Shown piece by piece: positions 48,403 through 58,169 of a DNA stretch of 64,000 nucleotides. The DNA lies in NCBI GenBank assembly GCA_031253955.1, contig JAIRVJ010000126.1:20342-84341 (forward strand), given 5' to 3'. The notes below the pieces were generated by a model. The model did no database searches. It was not told the DNA's origin and saw only the letters and a list, made by a program, of their open reading frames with translations. Both the position numbers and the translations under genes were made by a program. The first letter of the stretch is position 1, and each line of letters opens with the position of its first letter. The DNA is from Burkholderiaceae bacterium (GTDB lineage Bacteria > Pseudomonadota > Gammaproteobacteria > Burkholderiales > Burkholderiaceae_C).

Positions 48403-49829
48403 GGGTTGCAGTGCGTAACGATGTAGTCTTTGACCGCCCGCGCGTCGGCCAACAGCCGGGTCACGCGGCGGGGCAGTTGCTCGATGCCGGCAAAACGCGC
48501 CGGGCGCTCTGGCAGGCGGCCCAGGGCTTCTTCGATGGCGGCGGCGAATTTGATGGGCAGCGCCGTCTCCAACACGATCATGGGCGCGCCGGCACGCATA
48601 AAAGAGCCTGCCACTTTCACGCCATCGGCGGTGTGGGTGTCGATCATCGCGCCGTATTGCTGGTACACCGCGCGGATGGTGGCCAGCCGGTCGGCGTGGG
48701 TGCTTTTGCCGCTGACAAAGCCGTAGCGCCCGCGCGCCTGGGCAAAGGCGGGATCGGCGCTCAGGTCAAACTGGCCACTGCGCGCCAGCGCGTCGTGGAA
48801 CAGGGCGCGGGTGCGGGCGGCGTCGCGCCCGAGCAGGTCGAACACGAAACGCTCGAAGTTGCTGGCCTTGCTGATGTCCATGCTGGGGCTGCTGGTCTCG
48901 AGCGTGTCGGCGGCGGCGCGCACGCGATAAACGCCGGTGCGGAAGAACTCGTCGAGCACGTCGTTTTCGTTGGTGGCGATCACCAGTTGGCCGATGGGCA
49001 GCCCCATCTGCCGCGCCACGTGGCCCGCGCAGATGTTGCCGAAGTTGCCGCTGGGGACGGTGAAGTCCACTTGCTCGTCATCGTTCTCTGTCAATTGGAA
49101 GTAGCCCGCAAAGTAGTACACCACCTGCGCCAGCAGCCGCGCCCAGTTGATGCTGTTGACGGTGCCGATCTTGTACTGACGCTTGAACGCCAGATCGTTG
49201 CTCACGGCTTTGACGATGTCCTGACAGTCGTCGAACACGCCTTCAATGGCCAGGTTGTGAATGTTGGCGTCTTGCAGGCTGTACATCTGCGCCTGCTGAA
49301 ACGCGCTCATGCGCCCGTGCGGGCTGAGCATGAACACGCGAATGCCCTGCTTGCCGCGCATGGCATATTCGGCGGCGCTGCCGGTGTCGCCGCTGGTGGC
49401 GCCCAGAATGTTGAGCTGCTCGCCGCGCCGCGCCAGTTCGTACTCGAACAGATTGCCCAGCAATTGCATCGCCATGTCCTTGAAGGCGAGCGTGGGGCCG
49501 TTGGAGAGGGCTTGCAAATAAAAGCCTTTTTTCAGTTTTTTAAGCAGCGCGATTTCGCGTGTGCCGAACACAGCGGGCGTGTACGTGCGCTCGCACAGGG
49601 CAGCCAAGTCGGTGGCGGGAATGTCGTCAATGTAGAGCGACAAAATCTCAAACGCCAGCGCCGCGTAGCCTCGGCCAGCGTAAACGCCGCGCAGTTCGGC
49701 CAGGCAGGCGCGGTCGATTTGCGGGTAGCTCTCCGGCAGATACAGCCCGCCATCGGGCGCTAGACCTTCAAGCAGGATTTCGCAGAATTTGCGCGGCGTG
49801 CGATCGCCCCGGGTGGAGAGATAGTTCAT
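48399..49829 (-). CDS. thrC: Threonine synthase
   Basis: YLSTRG, GPTLAFKD, ATSGDTG, NSINWAR, VPSGNFGN. Confidence 0.95.
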   Translation of the reverse strand: MNYLSTRGDRTPRKFCEILLEGLAPDGGLYLPESYPQIDRACLAELRGVYAGRGYAALAFEILSLYIDDIPATDLAALCERTYTPAVFGTREIALLKKLKKGFYLQALSNGPTLAFKDMAMQLLGNLFEYELARRGEQLNILGATSGDTGSAAEYAMRGKQGIRVFMLSPHGRMSAFQQAQMYSLQDANIHNLAIEGVFDDCQDIVKAVSNDLAFKRQYKIGTVNSINWARLLAQVVYYFAGYFQLTENDDEQVDFTVPSGNFGNICAGHVARQMGLPIGQLVIATNENDVLDEFFRTGVYRVRAAADTLETSSPSMDISKASNFERFVFDLLGRDAARTRALFHDALARSGQFDLSADPAFAQARGRYGFVSGKSTHADRLATIRAVYQQYGAMIDTHTADGVKVAGSFMRAGAPMIVLETALPIKFAAAIEEALGRLPERPARFAGIEQLPRRVTRLLADARAVKDYIVTHCNP

Positions 49830-49840
49830 ACAAATTTTCC

Positions 49841-49920
49841 GTCATTCCCGCGCAAGCCGGAATCCATAAGCGTTGTTGCAAGAGATGGCGTTGATGGATT
49901 CCCGCCTGCGCGGGAATGAC
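49841..49920. repeat. Family A doublet (class 3, inverted relative to 20181)
   Basis: Copies at 49841-66 and 49895-920; spacer GCGTTGTTGCAAGAG matches the reverse complement of the 20207-34 spacer. Confidence 0.85.
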
Positions 49921-50002
49921 GAAAGTGAAAGCAAGCGGGGTAGAAAAGAAGCGGGAGACCAGGCAATTTTACGACGATGCCGGTGCATCCGGGCTAGGCC
50001 AC

Positions 50003-50023
50003 ATAAACAAAATTGTTTATAAT
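50003..50023 (+). promoter_or_regulatory. hicAB operator palindrome overlapping a consensus -10
   Basis: ATAAACAA-aa-TTGTTTAT (50003-20); TATAAT at 50018-23. Confidence 0.7.
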
Positions 50024-50030
50024 GAATACC

Positions 50031-50210
50031 ATGAACAGCAAGGAATTCAAGCGATGGCTGGCCGACCAAGGCGCGACCTTCGGCAAGATGAAAGGCTCGC
50101 ATCTGAAGGTCTATGCCGCTGGCAAACAGGCCATCGTCCCGATGCACAACGCCGACCTCAAGAAAGGCACGGTCGAAGGCATCAAAAAACAACTTGGCCT
50201 GAAGAAATAA
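50031..50210 (+). CDS. hicA: HicA mRNA interferase toxin
   Basis: MNSKEFKRWL..QGA.F...KGSHLKV....VPMH..DL.KGT...IKKQLG. Confidence 0.92.
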   Translation: MNSKEFKRWLADQGATFGKMKGSHLKVYAAGKQAIVPMHNADLKKGTVEGIKKQLGLKK

Positions 50211-50228
50211 CCGGCAACGAGGTTCACC

Positions 50229-50648
50229 ATGAAATTCCCCGTCACCCTGACCCCTGACGAAACCGATGGCGGCTTCGTCGTCACCTTCCCCGACATTCCC
50301 GAAGCCATCACCCAGGGAGAAACCCAGGAAGAAGCCTTGGCCATGGCGCAAGAGGCGCTGGAAGCCGCACTGGAGTTCTATTTCGAGGACAAGCGCGCCG
50401 TCCCCACGCCGTCCAAGCCCAAGCGCGGCCAGCCCACCGTCGAGCTATCGGCCAGTCTGTCGGCCAAGGTTCTGTTGCTGGGCGAGATGGTAAAGCAAAA
50501 CATCCGCCCGGCAGAACTGGCACGGCGTTTGAGAACAACACCGCAAGAAGTTAACCGCCTGACCAATCTACGGCACACTACCCGCATAGACGGCATTGAC
50601 TCCGCCTTGCGTGCTCTTGGCTGCCATCTGGAACTGCGGCTGGCCTGA
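50229..50648 (+). CDS. hicB: HicB antitoxin with C-terminal HTH
   Basis: GFVVTFPDIPEAITQGET.EEAL; AELARRL.TTPQEVNRL. Confidence 0.92.
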   Translation: MKFPVTLTPDETDGGFVVTFPDIPEAITQGETQEEALAMAQEALEAALEFYFEDKRAVPTPSKPKRGQPTVELSASLSAKVLLLGEMVKQNIRPAELARRLRTTPQEVNRLTNLRHTTRIDGIDSALRALGCHLELRLA

Positions 50649-50694
50649 TGGTGTTCTTGCGTTGCTGCGCCTGCCATCCGTGCCGTGCCCAAAA

Positions 50695-50925
50695 TCAGCG
50701 CAAGGCCGCCACCGCCGCGTCGATCTCGGCCAGACCTTCCTAGGCAGTTGCATCGGCATACGCCTCTGCAACCTGCCCGCTCAACGCATCAAAGCGATTC
50801 CGCATGCACCGGATACGGGCAAACAACCCAGCATCCACCAAAACCGCAACCGACTTTGGGTCAAGCGCGAGCTTGATGATATTGTTCGCGTTCTTTGCCC
50901 CAGTAGCAGGAAAAATCCGCCTCAA
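50695..50925 (-). pseudogene. Phd/YefM-like antitoxin remnant
   Basis: IFPATGAKNA...SVAVLVDAGLFARIR...YADATA-TAG(50740-42)-EGLAEIDAAVAALR-stop; no good start codon. Confidence 0.5.
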
Positions 50926-52244
50926 GCCAGTTCCTCCTTGCGCAGCCGCACGATGGGCGCTAGCACCGACGGCAGCGCCTGCACCTTGGCGAGCGCGTCG
51001 TCGAGCGTGCCTTCGCGCGTGTCGTGGGTGAGCACGATCAGGTCGGTCTGCGTGGAGCCTTCGCCGCCCACTTCGTCGGCCTCGCGTTGCAGCACGGCGT
51101 CGATGCTGATGCCGGCCTCGGCCAGCAGCATGGCCACACGGGCGAGCACGCCGGCTTCGTCGGCCACGCGCAGGCGCAGGTAGTAGCTGGTCGTCACCTC
51201 GCGCATCGTCAGCACGCGCAAATCGCTCATCGCGTCGGGGCGGAAGGCCAGCGATGGCACACGGTGTTCGGGATCGGCGGTGTGCAGGCGGGTGATGTCC
51301 ACCAGATCGGCGATCACGGCGCTGGCGGTCGGCTCACTGCCCGCGCCTTTGCCGTAGTAAAGCGTGGTGCCCACGGCATCGCCGTGCACCATCACGGCGT
51401 TCATCGCGCCTTCCACATTGGCGATCAGCCGCCGGGCGGGCACCAGGCTGGGATGCACGCGCAGCTCGATGCCTTCTGGCGTGCGCTTGGTAATGCCCAG
51501 CAGCTTGATGCGGTAGCCCAGTTGCTCGGCGTATTTGATGTCTTGCGCCGCCAGCCCGGTAATACCTTCCACGTAAGCTTTGCCGAATTGCACCGGAATG
51601 CCGAAGGCAATCGCGCTCATGATGGTGGCCTTGTGCGCGGCGTCGATGCCTTCGATGTCGAACGTCGGGTCCGCCTCGGCGTAGCCTAGGCGCTGCGCGT
51701 CTTTCAGCGCGGCGGCAAAGTCCAGCCCCCGGTCGCGCATTTCCGACAGGATGAAGTTGGTCGTGCCATTGATGATGCCCGCGATCCATTCGATGCGGTT
51801 GGCCGTCAGCCCTTCGCGCAGCGCCTTGATGATGGGGATGCCGCCGGCCACCGCCGCTTCAAAGGCCACCGTTACGCCCTTGGCGTGCGCCGCCGCGAAA
51901 ATTTCGCTTCCATGCACCGCCAGCAGCGCCTTGTTGGCCGTGACCACGTGTTTGCCCGCCGCAATCGCTTCCAGCACCAGTTGCCGGGCAATGCCATAGC
52001 CGCCGATCAGCTCGATCACGATGTCGATGGCCGGGTTGGCGATCACCGCCCGCGCGTCGCTCACCACCTGCGCGCGGCCCGTGACAATTTGCTGGGCACG
52101 CGCCACGTTCAAATCGGCCACCATCGTGATTTCGATGCCGCGCCCCGCGCGGCGGCGGATTTCTTCCTGATTGCGCGCCAGCACCTCGAAGGCGCCGCCG
52201 CCCACGGTGCCGATGCCCAGCAGGCCGACTTGAATGGGTTTCAT
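50922..52244 (-). CDS. hom: Homoserine dehydrogenase
   Basis: GLLGIGTVGGG, VTANKALLA, FEAAVAGGIP, INGTTNFIL, C-terminal ACT domain. Confidence 0.95.
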   Translation of the reverse strand: MKPIQVGLLGIGTVGGGAFEVLARNQEEIRRRAGRGIEITMVADLNVARAQQIVTGRAQVVSDARAVIANPAIDIVIELIGGYGIARQLVLEAIAAGKHVVTANKALLAVHGSEIFAAAHAKGVTVAFEAAVAGGIPIIKALREGLTANRIEWIAGIINGTTNFILSEMRDRGLDFAAALKDAQRLGYAEADPTFDIEGIDAAHKATIMSAIAFGIPVQFGKAYVEGITGLAAQDIKYAEQLGYRIKLLGITKRTPEGIELRVHPSLVPARRLIANVEGAMNAVMVHGDAVGTTLYYGKGAGSEPTASAVIADLVDITRLHTADPEHRVPSLAFRPDAMSDLRVLTMREVTTSYYLRLRVADEAGVLARVAMLLAEAGISIDAVLQREADEVGGEGSTQTDLIVLTHDTREGTLDDALAKVQALPSVLAPIVRLRKEELA

Positions 52245-52302
52245 GGTTATGAGAGTGGAGGGTTTCATGATTTTGTAAAAAAAGCCCGCAAACGCCCGCC
52301 CG

Positions 52303-53577
52303 TCATGCGCTAGCAGCTTCTTTTTTTGTAGCAATGCTGACCACTGGCGCGGCCCGCGCGTGGCGGGCGCGGTACTGCGCCAGGAATTTCGCCAGCCGCC
52401 CGATGGCCTCGCGCAGATCGTCCTCGTGCGGCAGAAAGACGATGCGGAAGTGCTGGTTGTCCGGGTAGTTGAAGCCCGATCCCTGCACCAGCATCACGCG
52501 CGTGGCGCGCAGCACTTCCATGAAGAATTGGCGGTCGTCGGCTATTGGGTACACCTTGGGATCGAGCCGCGGGAACATGTACAGCGTGGCTTGCGGTTTG
52601 ACGCAGGTGACGCCGGGAATGGCCGTAATCAGCTCGTAGGCCAGGTCGCGCTGGTGGCGCAGGCGTCCGCCTTCCTTGATGAGGTCGTTGATGCTCTGGT
52701 AGCCGCCCAGCGCGGTCTGGATCGCCCACTGGCCCGGCACGTTGGAGCCGAGCTTGAGGTTGGCCAGCATGTTCAGCCCTTCGATGAAGTCGCTCGCATC
52801 ATCCTTGGGGCCGGACACCACCATCCAGCCGGCGCGGTAGCCGCAGGAGCGATAGGCTTTGGACAGGGAGTTGAAGGTCAGCGTCAGCACGTCGGTGGAC
52901 AGGCTCGCCAGCGCCGTGTGCCGTGCGCCGTCATACAGCACCTTGTCGTACACCTCATCGACCAGCAGCACCAGGCCACGCTCGCGGGCGATTTGCACGA
53001 TGCCGCGCAGCACTTCGTCCGAATACAGCGCGCCGGTCGGGTTGTTGGGGTTGATGACGACGATGCCGCGCGTGCGCGGGGTAATCTTGGCGCGCATGTC
53101 ATCCAGATCGGGCATCCAGCCGTTTTCCTCGCGGCAGATGTAATGCACCGGCTTACCCCCGGCCAGGCTGATGACGGCGGTCCACAGCGGATAGTCGGGC
53201 GAAGGCGCCAGCAACTCGTCGCCCTCGTTGAGCAGCGCGTTGGTCGCCATCTGAATCAGCTCGCTGGCGCCGTTGCCCAGGTAGATGTCTTCCAGCGTCA
53301 CGCCCGCGATGCCCTGCTGCTGCGTGTAGTGCATCACCGCCTTGCGCGCGGCAAAGATGCCCTTGCTGTCGGAATAACCCGCCGAATTGGGCAGGTTGCG
53401 GATCATGTCCTGCTGGATTTCCTCCGGCGGATCGAAGCCGAACGGCGCCATGTTGCCGATATTCAGCTTGATGATCTTCTGGCCCTCGTCCTCCATCTGC
53501 CGGGCGGCGTCCACGATCGGCCCGCGCACGTCGTAGAGCACGTTGACCAGCTTGGCCGATTTGCGGATGGGCTTCAT
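52303..53577 (-). CDS. alaA: PLP-dependent aminotransferase (AlaA-like)
   Basis: YDVRGP, GYSDSKG, GNGASEL, NPNNPTG, DEVYD, SLSKAYR. Confidence 0.85.
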   Translation of the reverse strand: MKPIRKSAKLVNVLYDVRGPIVDAARQMEDEGQKIIKLNIGNMAPFGFDPPEEIQQDMIRNLPNSAGYSDSKGIFAARKAVMHYTQQQGIAGVTLEDIYLGNGASELIQMATNALLNEGDELLAPSPDYPLWTAVISLAGGKPVHYICREENGWMPDLDDMRAKITPRTRGIVVINPNNPTGALYSDEVLRGIVQIARERGLVLLVDEVYDKVLYDGARHTALASLSTDVLTLTFNSLSKAYRSCGYRAGWMVVSGPKDDASDFIEGLNMLANLKLGSNVPGQWAIQTALGGYQSINDLIKEGGRLRHQRDLAYELITAIPGVTCVKPQATLYMFPRLDPKVYPIADDRQFFMEVLRATRVMLVQGSGFNYPDNQHFRIVFLPHEDDLREAIGRLAKFLAQYRARHARAAPVVSIATKKEAASA

Positions 53578-53659
53578 CACATCACCTCTGAAATGGATTG
53601 ATTGGCAGCGAAATTTAGAATTGGAACACATCTACCCGCAATTTCTCTCTCAGGGCGCG

Positions 53660-54052
53660 ATGAAATTCCAACTTGAAACCTCCAGCCTGCCCGTCATCAA
53701 AGGCCACGGGCCGGGCTGGATCGCCTTGGGCGGCCAGCGCATCACCCACAGCGTGCTGATCGACCCGGCCGGCCGCCCCCAGCCCTGGGGCGCCGCCGCG
53801 TTCGAGGCGCTGGGCGCGCACCACTTCGCCGCGCTGGCGCTGCCGCAAGAAAGCGCCCCGGCGGCGGAACTGGTGCTGCTGGGCAGCGGCGCGCGGCTGC
53901 GCTTTCCGCCGCCCGCGTGGCTGCGTCCGCTCATCGAAGCAGGTATCGGCATCGAAACCATGAGCACCCCCGCCGCCTGCCGCACCTGGAACATCCTCTC
54001 CAGCGAAGGCCGCCGCGTGCTGGCGGCGCTGGTGATCGAGCCGGCTGTATAA
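53660..54052 (+). CDS. Mth938-like domain protein
   Basis: LLGSGARLRFP, GIETMSTPAACRTWNILSSEGRRV. Confidence 0.85.
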   Translation: MKFQLETSSLPVIKGHGPGWIALGGQRITHSVLIDPAGRPQPWGAAAFEALGAHHFAALALPQESAPAAELVLLGSGARLRFPPPAWLRPLIEAGIGIETMSTPAACRTWNILSSEGRRVLAALVIEPAV

Positions 54053-54125
54053 ACGGACGTCGCGGCCCCAAACCCATGTTCAGCCAGTTCGACACTTCCA
54101 GCGTTGCCTGGCCCAGGGATCCGGG

Positions 54126-54869
54126 ATGAATCCCCTGCCCTATTCCGATTTCGTGGTGTTCGTGGACGAAAGCGGCGACCACAGCCTGGAGTCCATCAAC
54201 CCGCGTTACCCGATGTTCGTGCTGTCGTTCTGCGTGTTCCGCAAAGCGGTTTACAACCATCAAGTGGCCCCGGCGTTGCGCGCGCTGAAATTCGCCGCTT
54301 TCGGCCACGACATGGTGGTGTTGCACGAATCCGAAATGCGCCGCGGCAAGGGCGGTTTTCTGCACATGCCCCTGACCGTGCGCCAACCTTTCATGGCGGG
54401 GCTGACCGGGATCATCGCGGCGGCTGATTTCCAGTTGATCGCCGTGGCTATTGACAAGCGGCGCCTCTCGCAAACTCGGGAGCCGCAGCGCCACGCCTAT
54501 CACTTCGCGATGGAGCATGGCCTGCGCAGCCTGTTTGCCTTGCTCTCCGAGGCGGAGCAACACGGCACACTGACGCATGTGGTATGCGAAGCGCGCGGCG
54601 CACACGAGGACATGGCGCTTGAACTGGAGTTTCGCCGCATGTGCGACCGCGCGGCTTACGTCCGGCAGGGCATCAACCTGGAGATCGTGATCGCCGACAA
54701 AAAGACCAACTCCGAGGGCCTGCAACTGGCGGATTTGACGGCCCGGCCCATCGGCCTGTCGGTATTGCGCCCCGGTCAGCCCAATCGCGCCATGGAGGTG
54801 CTGGAGAGCAAGCTCTACCGCGATAAGCGCGGCGGCAAACCCGGCGCGGGGTTGTGGGTGCTGCCATGA
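54126..54869 (+). CDS. DUF3800-family protein
   Basis: N-terminal FVDESGD and C-terminal GLQLAD (QxxD) motifs. Confidence 0.8.
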   Translation: MNPLPYSDFVVFVDESGDHSLESINPRYPMFVLSFCVFRKAVYNHQVAPALRALKFAAFGHDMVVLHESEMRRGKGGFLHMPLTVRQPFMAGLTGIIAAADFQLIAVAIDKRRLSQTREPQRHAYHFAMEHGLRSLFALLSEAEQHGTLTHVVCEARGAHEDMALELEFRRMCDRAAYVRQGINLEIVIADKKTNSEGLQLADLTARPIGLSVLRPGQPNRAMEVLESKLYRDKRGGKPGAGLWVLP

Positions 54870-54879
54870 AGTCGAAACA

Positions 54880-54956
54880 CAGCACGCCAGAAAGCCGAAG
54901 GGCCTCCGGAAAGTCCCGGAAGCCCAGCGCCGGTGGCACAGTCGCAACCCATTTGT
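54880..54956 (-). ncRNA. Candidate structured RNA convergent on the DUF3800 gene
   Basis: Minus-strand extended -10 TGcTAGAAT (54970-62); hairpin 54900-25 followed by TTCGGCTTTCT. Inferred only. Confidence 0.45.
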
Positions 54957-55193
54957 AGACAATTCTAGCAAATTGAAGCCGCGGTGCGCAGCCCGCCGCG
55001 TCACCGCGCCAGCGGATCGGCCTAACCGGGCCGCGCGCCAATCGGTTAAAATGCGCGGTTACAACGGTTTGAGCCAAGAGGAGACGGCTGGGCGGCGCCG
55101 GTTGCGGGTGGTACCTCGCGCGGTTTGCCTGTCGGCCACAGTTTGTCTTCGCTCCCCCGTTTTCGCACCCGTCACCGAAGTAGAAGTTCTCTT

Positions 55194-55673
55194 ATGGCGA
55201 TCGTCATCCACAAACCTCTCCCGGAATTCGAGGCCGTCGCTACCGGCGCTACCGGTGTTAGCAACACCTCACACCTCGGACATTCCCTGGTGCTCTACTT
55301 CTACCCAAAGGACAACACCCCCGGCTGCACCACCGAGGCGATGCAGTTCCGCGACAAGTACAAGGACTTCGTCAAGGCCGGCGCGGTGGTGTTCGGCGTC
55401 AGCCGCGACAACATGAAGTCGCACGAAGACTTCAAGGCCAAGCTGGAGTTGCCCTTCGAGCTGATCGCCGACACCGAAGAAAAAATGTGCCACATGTTCG
55501 GCGTGGTCAAGAACAAGATCATGTACGGCAAGAAGGTCAAGGGCATCGAGCGCAGCACGTTCCTGATCGCCGCCGACGGCACGCTGGCGCAGGAATGGCG
55601 CGGCCTGAAGGTGCCAGGCCACGTGGAGCAGGTGCTCAAGTCCGTCAAGGCGCTCAACAGAAAAGCGGCTTGA
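55194..55673 (+). CDS. bcp: Peroxiredoxin (Bcp-type)
   Basis: LYFYPKDNTPGCTTEA, GIERSTFLI, VPGHVEQVL. Confidence 0.88.
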   Translation: MAIVIHKPLPEFEAVATGATGVSNTSHLGHSLVLYFYPKDNTPGCTTEAMQFRDKYKDFVKAGAVVFGVSRDNMKSHEDFKAKLELPFELIADTEEKMCHMFGVVKNKIMYGKKVKGIERSTFLIAADGTLAQEWRGLKVPGHVEQVLKSVKALNRKAA

Positions 55674-55705
55674 ATGCCGCGAAATGAAGCGCCCGCTTTT
55701 CTTGC

Positions 55706-55803
55706 GTCATTCCCGCGCAGGCGGGAATCCAGGAACCTTGCCTTGATCAGGCGTTTGCCCTGTGGCGATCCCGCCCGTGGATTTCCGCCCGCGCGGGGAT
55801 GAC
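55706..55803. repeat. Family A doublet
   Basis: Copies at 55706-31 and 55778-803. Confidence 0.82.
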
Positions 55804-55869
55804 GAGAGGAAGTTTTGTGCGATTGAAGGCCAATTCGTCATAGCGCCGTCATAGGCGCGCTCTATCCCC

Positions 55870-57534
55870 ATGCCTCTGCCTCCCCCGCCCACCCGCCGCG
55901 CCGGTAAGCTGGCTCCCGAAAACTTCGAGGCCGCGCACAGCGCGCGCCGCCAGCCTGCCGTCAAGCCGCTCTCCGCGCCGCCTTCCCCGCCGCGCAAAGC
56001 CGCCGCGCTGGTTCGGGCAACGCCCGCGGCGGCTCAGGCCAGCGCGCAGCCCCTGCCCGCCCCGGCGCTTTCCGCAGCGCCCGCGGCGGCCACTCCCGCA
56101 CAGCCGCGCAAGCGCGCCGCCGCCGGCCCGGCCAGACTGTTCGTGCTCGATACCAACGTGCTGCTGCACGACCCGATGGCGCTGTTTCGCTTCAAGGAGC
56201 ACGACATCTTCCTGCCCATGATCGTGCTGGAAGAACTCGACGCCCACAAGCGCGGCATGAGCGAAGTGGCCCGCAACGGCCGCCAGAGCAGCCGCCTGCT
56301 CGACGCGCTGGCCGCCGTCAATGGCTCCGACATCGCCAAGGGCCTGCCGCTGGCCTCCACCGGCCACGTGGAAGCCGGCGGCAAGCTGTACCTGCAAACC
56401 GAGCCGCTGCAAGCGGACATGCCCGCCGCGCTGCCGCAGGGCAAGGCCGACAACCAGATTCTGGGCGTGCTGGCCGCGCTGCAAAAGCGCCACGCAAGCG
56501 ATGGCCAAGCCGCCACCCGCCAGGCGGTGCTGGTCACCAAGGACATCAACATGCGCGTGAAAGCGCGCGCCCTGGGCCTGGCCGCCGAAGATTACGAAAA
56601 CGACAAAACCCTAGCCGACGGCGACCTGCTCTACACCGGCAGCCTGGCGCTGCCGCCCGATTTCTGGACCCGCCAGAGCCGGGCCGTGGAAAGCTGGCCA
56701 AGCGGCGGTTCCACTTGCTACCGCATCGGCGGCCCCATCGCGGCGCAACTGCTCATCAACCAGTTCGTTTACTTCGAGGCGCCCGGCGAACCCAGCCTGT
56801 ACGCCCGCGTGACCGAGCTGCGCGAGCAAACGGCGGTGCTCAAAACGCTCAAGGACTACACCCACCTCAAAAACGCCGTCTGGGGCGTGGCCGCGCGCAA
56901 CCGCGAGCAGAACTTTGCGCTCAACCTGCTGATGGACCCGGAGGTCGATTTCGTCACCCTCACCGGCACGGCGGGCACCGGCAAAACCCTGCTGGCGCTG
57001 GCCGCGGGCCTCACGCAAGTGCTCGACGAGCGCCGCTACACCGAAATCATCATGACCCGCGCCACCGTCAACGTGGGCGAAGACATCGGCTTTCTGCCCG
57101 GCACCGAAGAAGAAAAAATGGGCCCCTGGATGGGCGCGCTCGACGACAACCTCGAATTCCTCGCCAAAGGCGACGCCACCGGCGCCGGCGAATGGGGGCG
57201 CGCGGCCACGCACGACCTGATCCGCGCCCGCATCAAGATCAAGAGCATGAACTTCATGCGCGGGCGCACATTCATGAACAAGTGGGTCATCATCGACGAG
57301 GCGCAAAACCTCACCCCAAAGCAGATGAAAACGCTGATTACCCGCGCCGGCCCCGGCGCCAAGATCATCTGCACCGGCAACCTCGCGCAAATCGACACGC
57401 CCTACCTCACCGAAGGCTCCAGCGGCCTCACTTACGCGGTGGACCGCTTCAAGGGCTGGCCGCACGGCGGCCAAATCGCCCTGGCGCGCGGCGAACGCTC
57501 GCGGCTGGCCGACTTCGCCAGCGACGTGCTGTAA
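55870..57534 (+). CDS. PIN-PhoH family protein
   Basis: FVLDTNVLLHDP, GTAGTGKT, FMRGRT, IIDEAQN, RSRLA. Confidence 0.9.
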   Translation: MPLPPPPTRRAGKLAPENFEAAHSARRQPAVKPLSAPPSPPRKAAALVRATPAAAQASAQPLPAPALSAAPAAATPAQPRKRAAAGPARLFVLDTNVLLHDPMALFRFKEHDIFLPMIVLEELDAHKRGMSEVARNGRQSSRLLDALAAVNGSDIAKGLPLASTGHVEAGGKLYLQTEPLQADMPAALPQGKADNQILGVLAALQKRHASDGQAATRQAVLVTKDINMRVKARALGLAAEDYENDKTLADGDLLYTGSLALPPDFWTRQSRAVESWPSGGSTCYRIGGPIAAQLLINQFVYFEAPGEPSLYARVTELREQTAVLKTLKDYTHLKNAVWGVAARNREQNFALNLLMDPEVDFVTLTGTAGTGKTLLALAAGLTQVLDERRYTEIIMTRATVNVGEDIGFLPGTEEEKMGPWMGALDDNLEFLAKGDATGAGEWGRAATHDLIRARIKIKSMNFMRGRTFMNKWVIIDEAQNLTPKQMKTLITRAGPGAKIICTGNLAQIDTPYLTEGSSGLTYAVDRFKGWPHGGQIALARGERSRLADFASDVL

Positions 57535-57569
57535 TCCCCATTCGTTTCAACCCAAGGAGACCGTTGTCC

Positions 57570-57878
57570 ATGATCCACGTCGTCGCCGTCATCACCGCCC
57601 ACCCCGGCCAGCGCGCCAAGATACTGGCCGCCTTCGCCGCCAACCGCGGCAAGGTGCTGGCCGAAGCCGGCTGCATCGAATACGCCGCCACCATCGACGC
57701 AACGGGCCAGCCGCCCTCGCGCGGCACGTTTGGCGAAGACACCGTCGTCATCCTCGAAAAGTGGGAATCCCTAGCCGCCTTGCAGGCCCACGCCGCATCC
57801 GCGCACATGGCCGACTATTCCGCCAAAACGCGCGAATTCACCGCCAAGCGCACGATCCATGTGCTTGAGCCGGTATGA
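57570..57878 (+). CDS. ABM-domain protein (putative quinol monooxygenase)
   Basis: RBS AAGGAG; EAGCIEY, EKWESLAALQAHAASAHM. Confidence 0.8.
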   Translation: MIHVVAVITAHPGQRAKILAAFAANRGKVLAEAGCIEYAATIDATGQPPSRGTFGEDTVVILEKWESLAALQAHAASAHMADYSAKTREFTAKRTIHVLEPV

Positions 57879-57946
57879 ACGAAACACGTTGGGCGTTAGG
57901 CGTTGGGTGTTTGTAAGGGTGAAAAATTTTCTCTTCTACAAAATTA

Positions 57947-58026
57947 ATAGCTATTTGCCAATGTATTGTATGTGTTTTATCATATTTTATATAGAAAACA
58001 CATGTAAATCATTTGCATAGAGCTAG
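57947..58026. repeat. Family F AT-rich element
   Basis: ATAGCTATTTGCCAATG ... CATTTGCATAGAGCTAG. Confidence 0.75.
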
Positions 58027-58169
58027 AAAAATAGTAGTTTTCCTGTTCCGGTGCAAGCGACAGGTGGATTTCGTGATTGACAATAATTAGTTCCGAGCTT
58101 CAGGCGTTTTTCGTTGAGCGCCAGCCCGCATTTTTGGAACTTTTCATTTCCCGATCCATCTTCTGCCGC

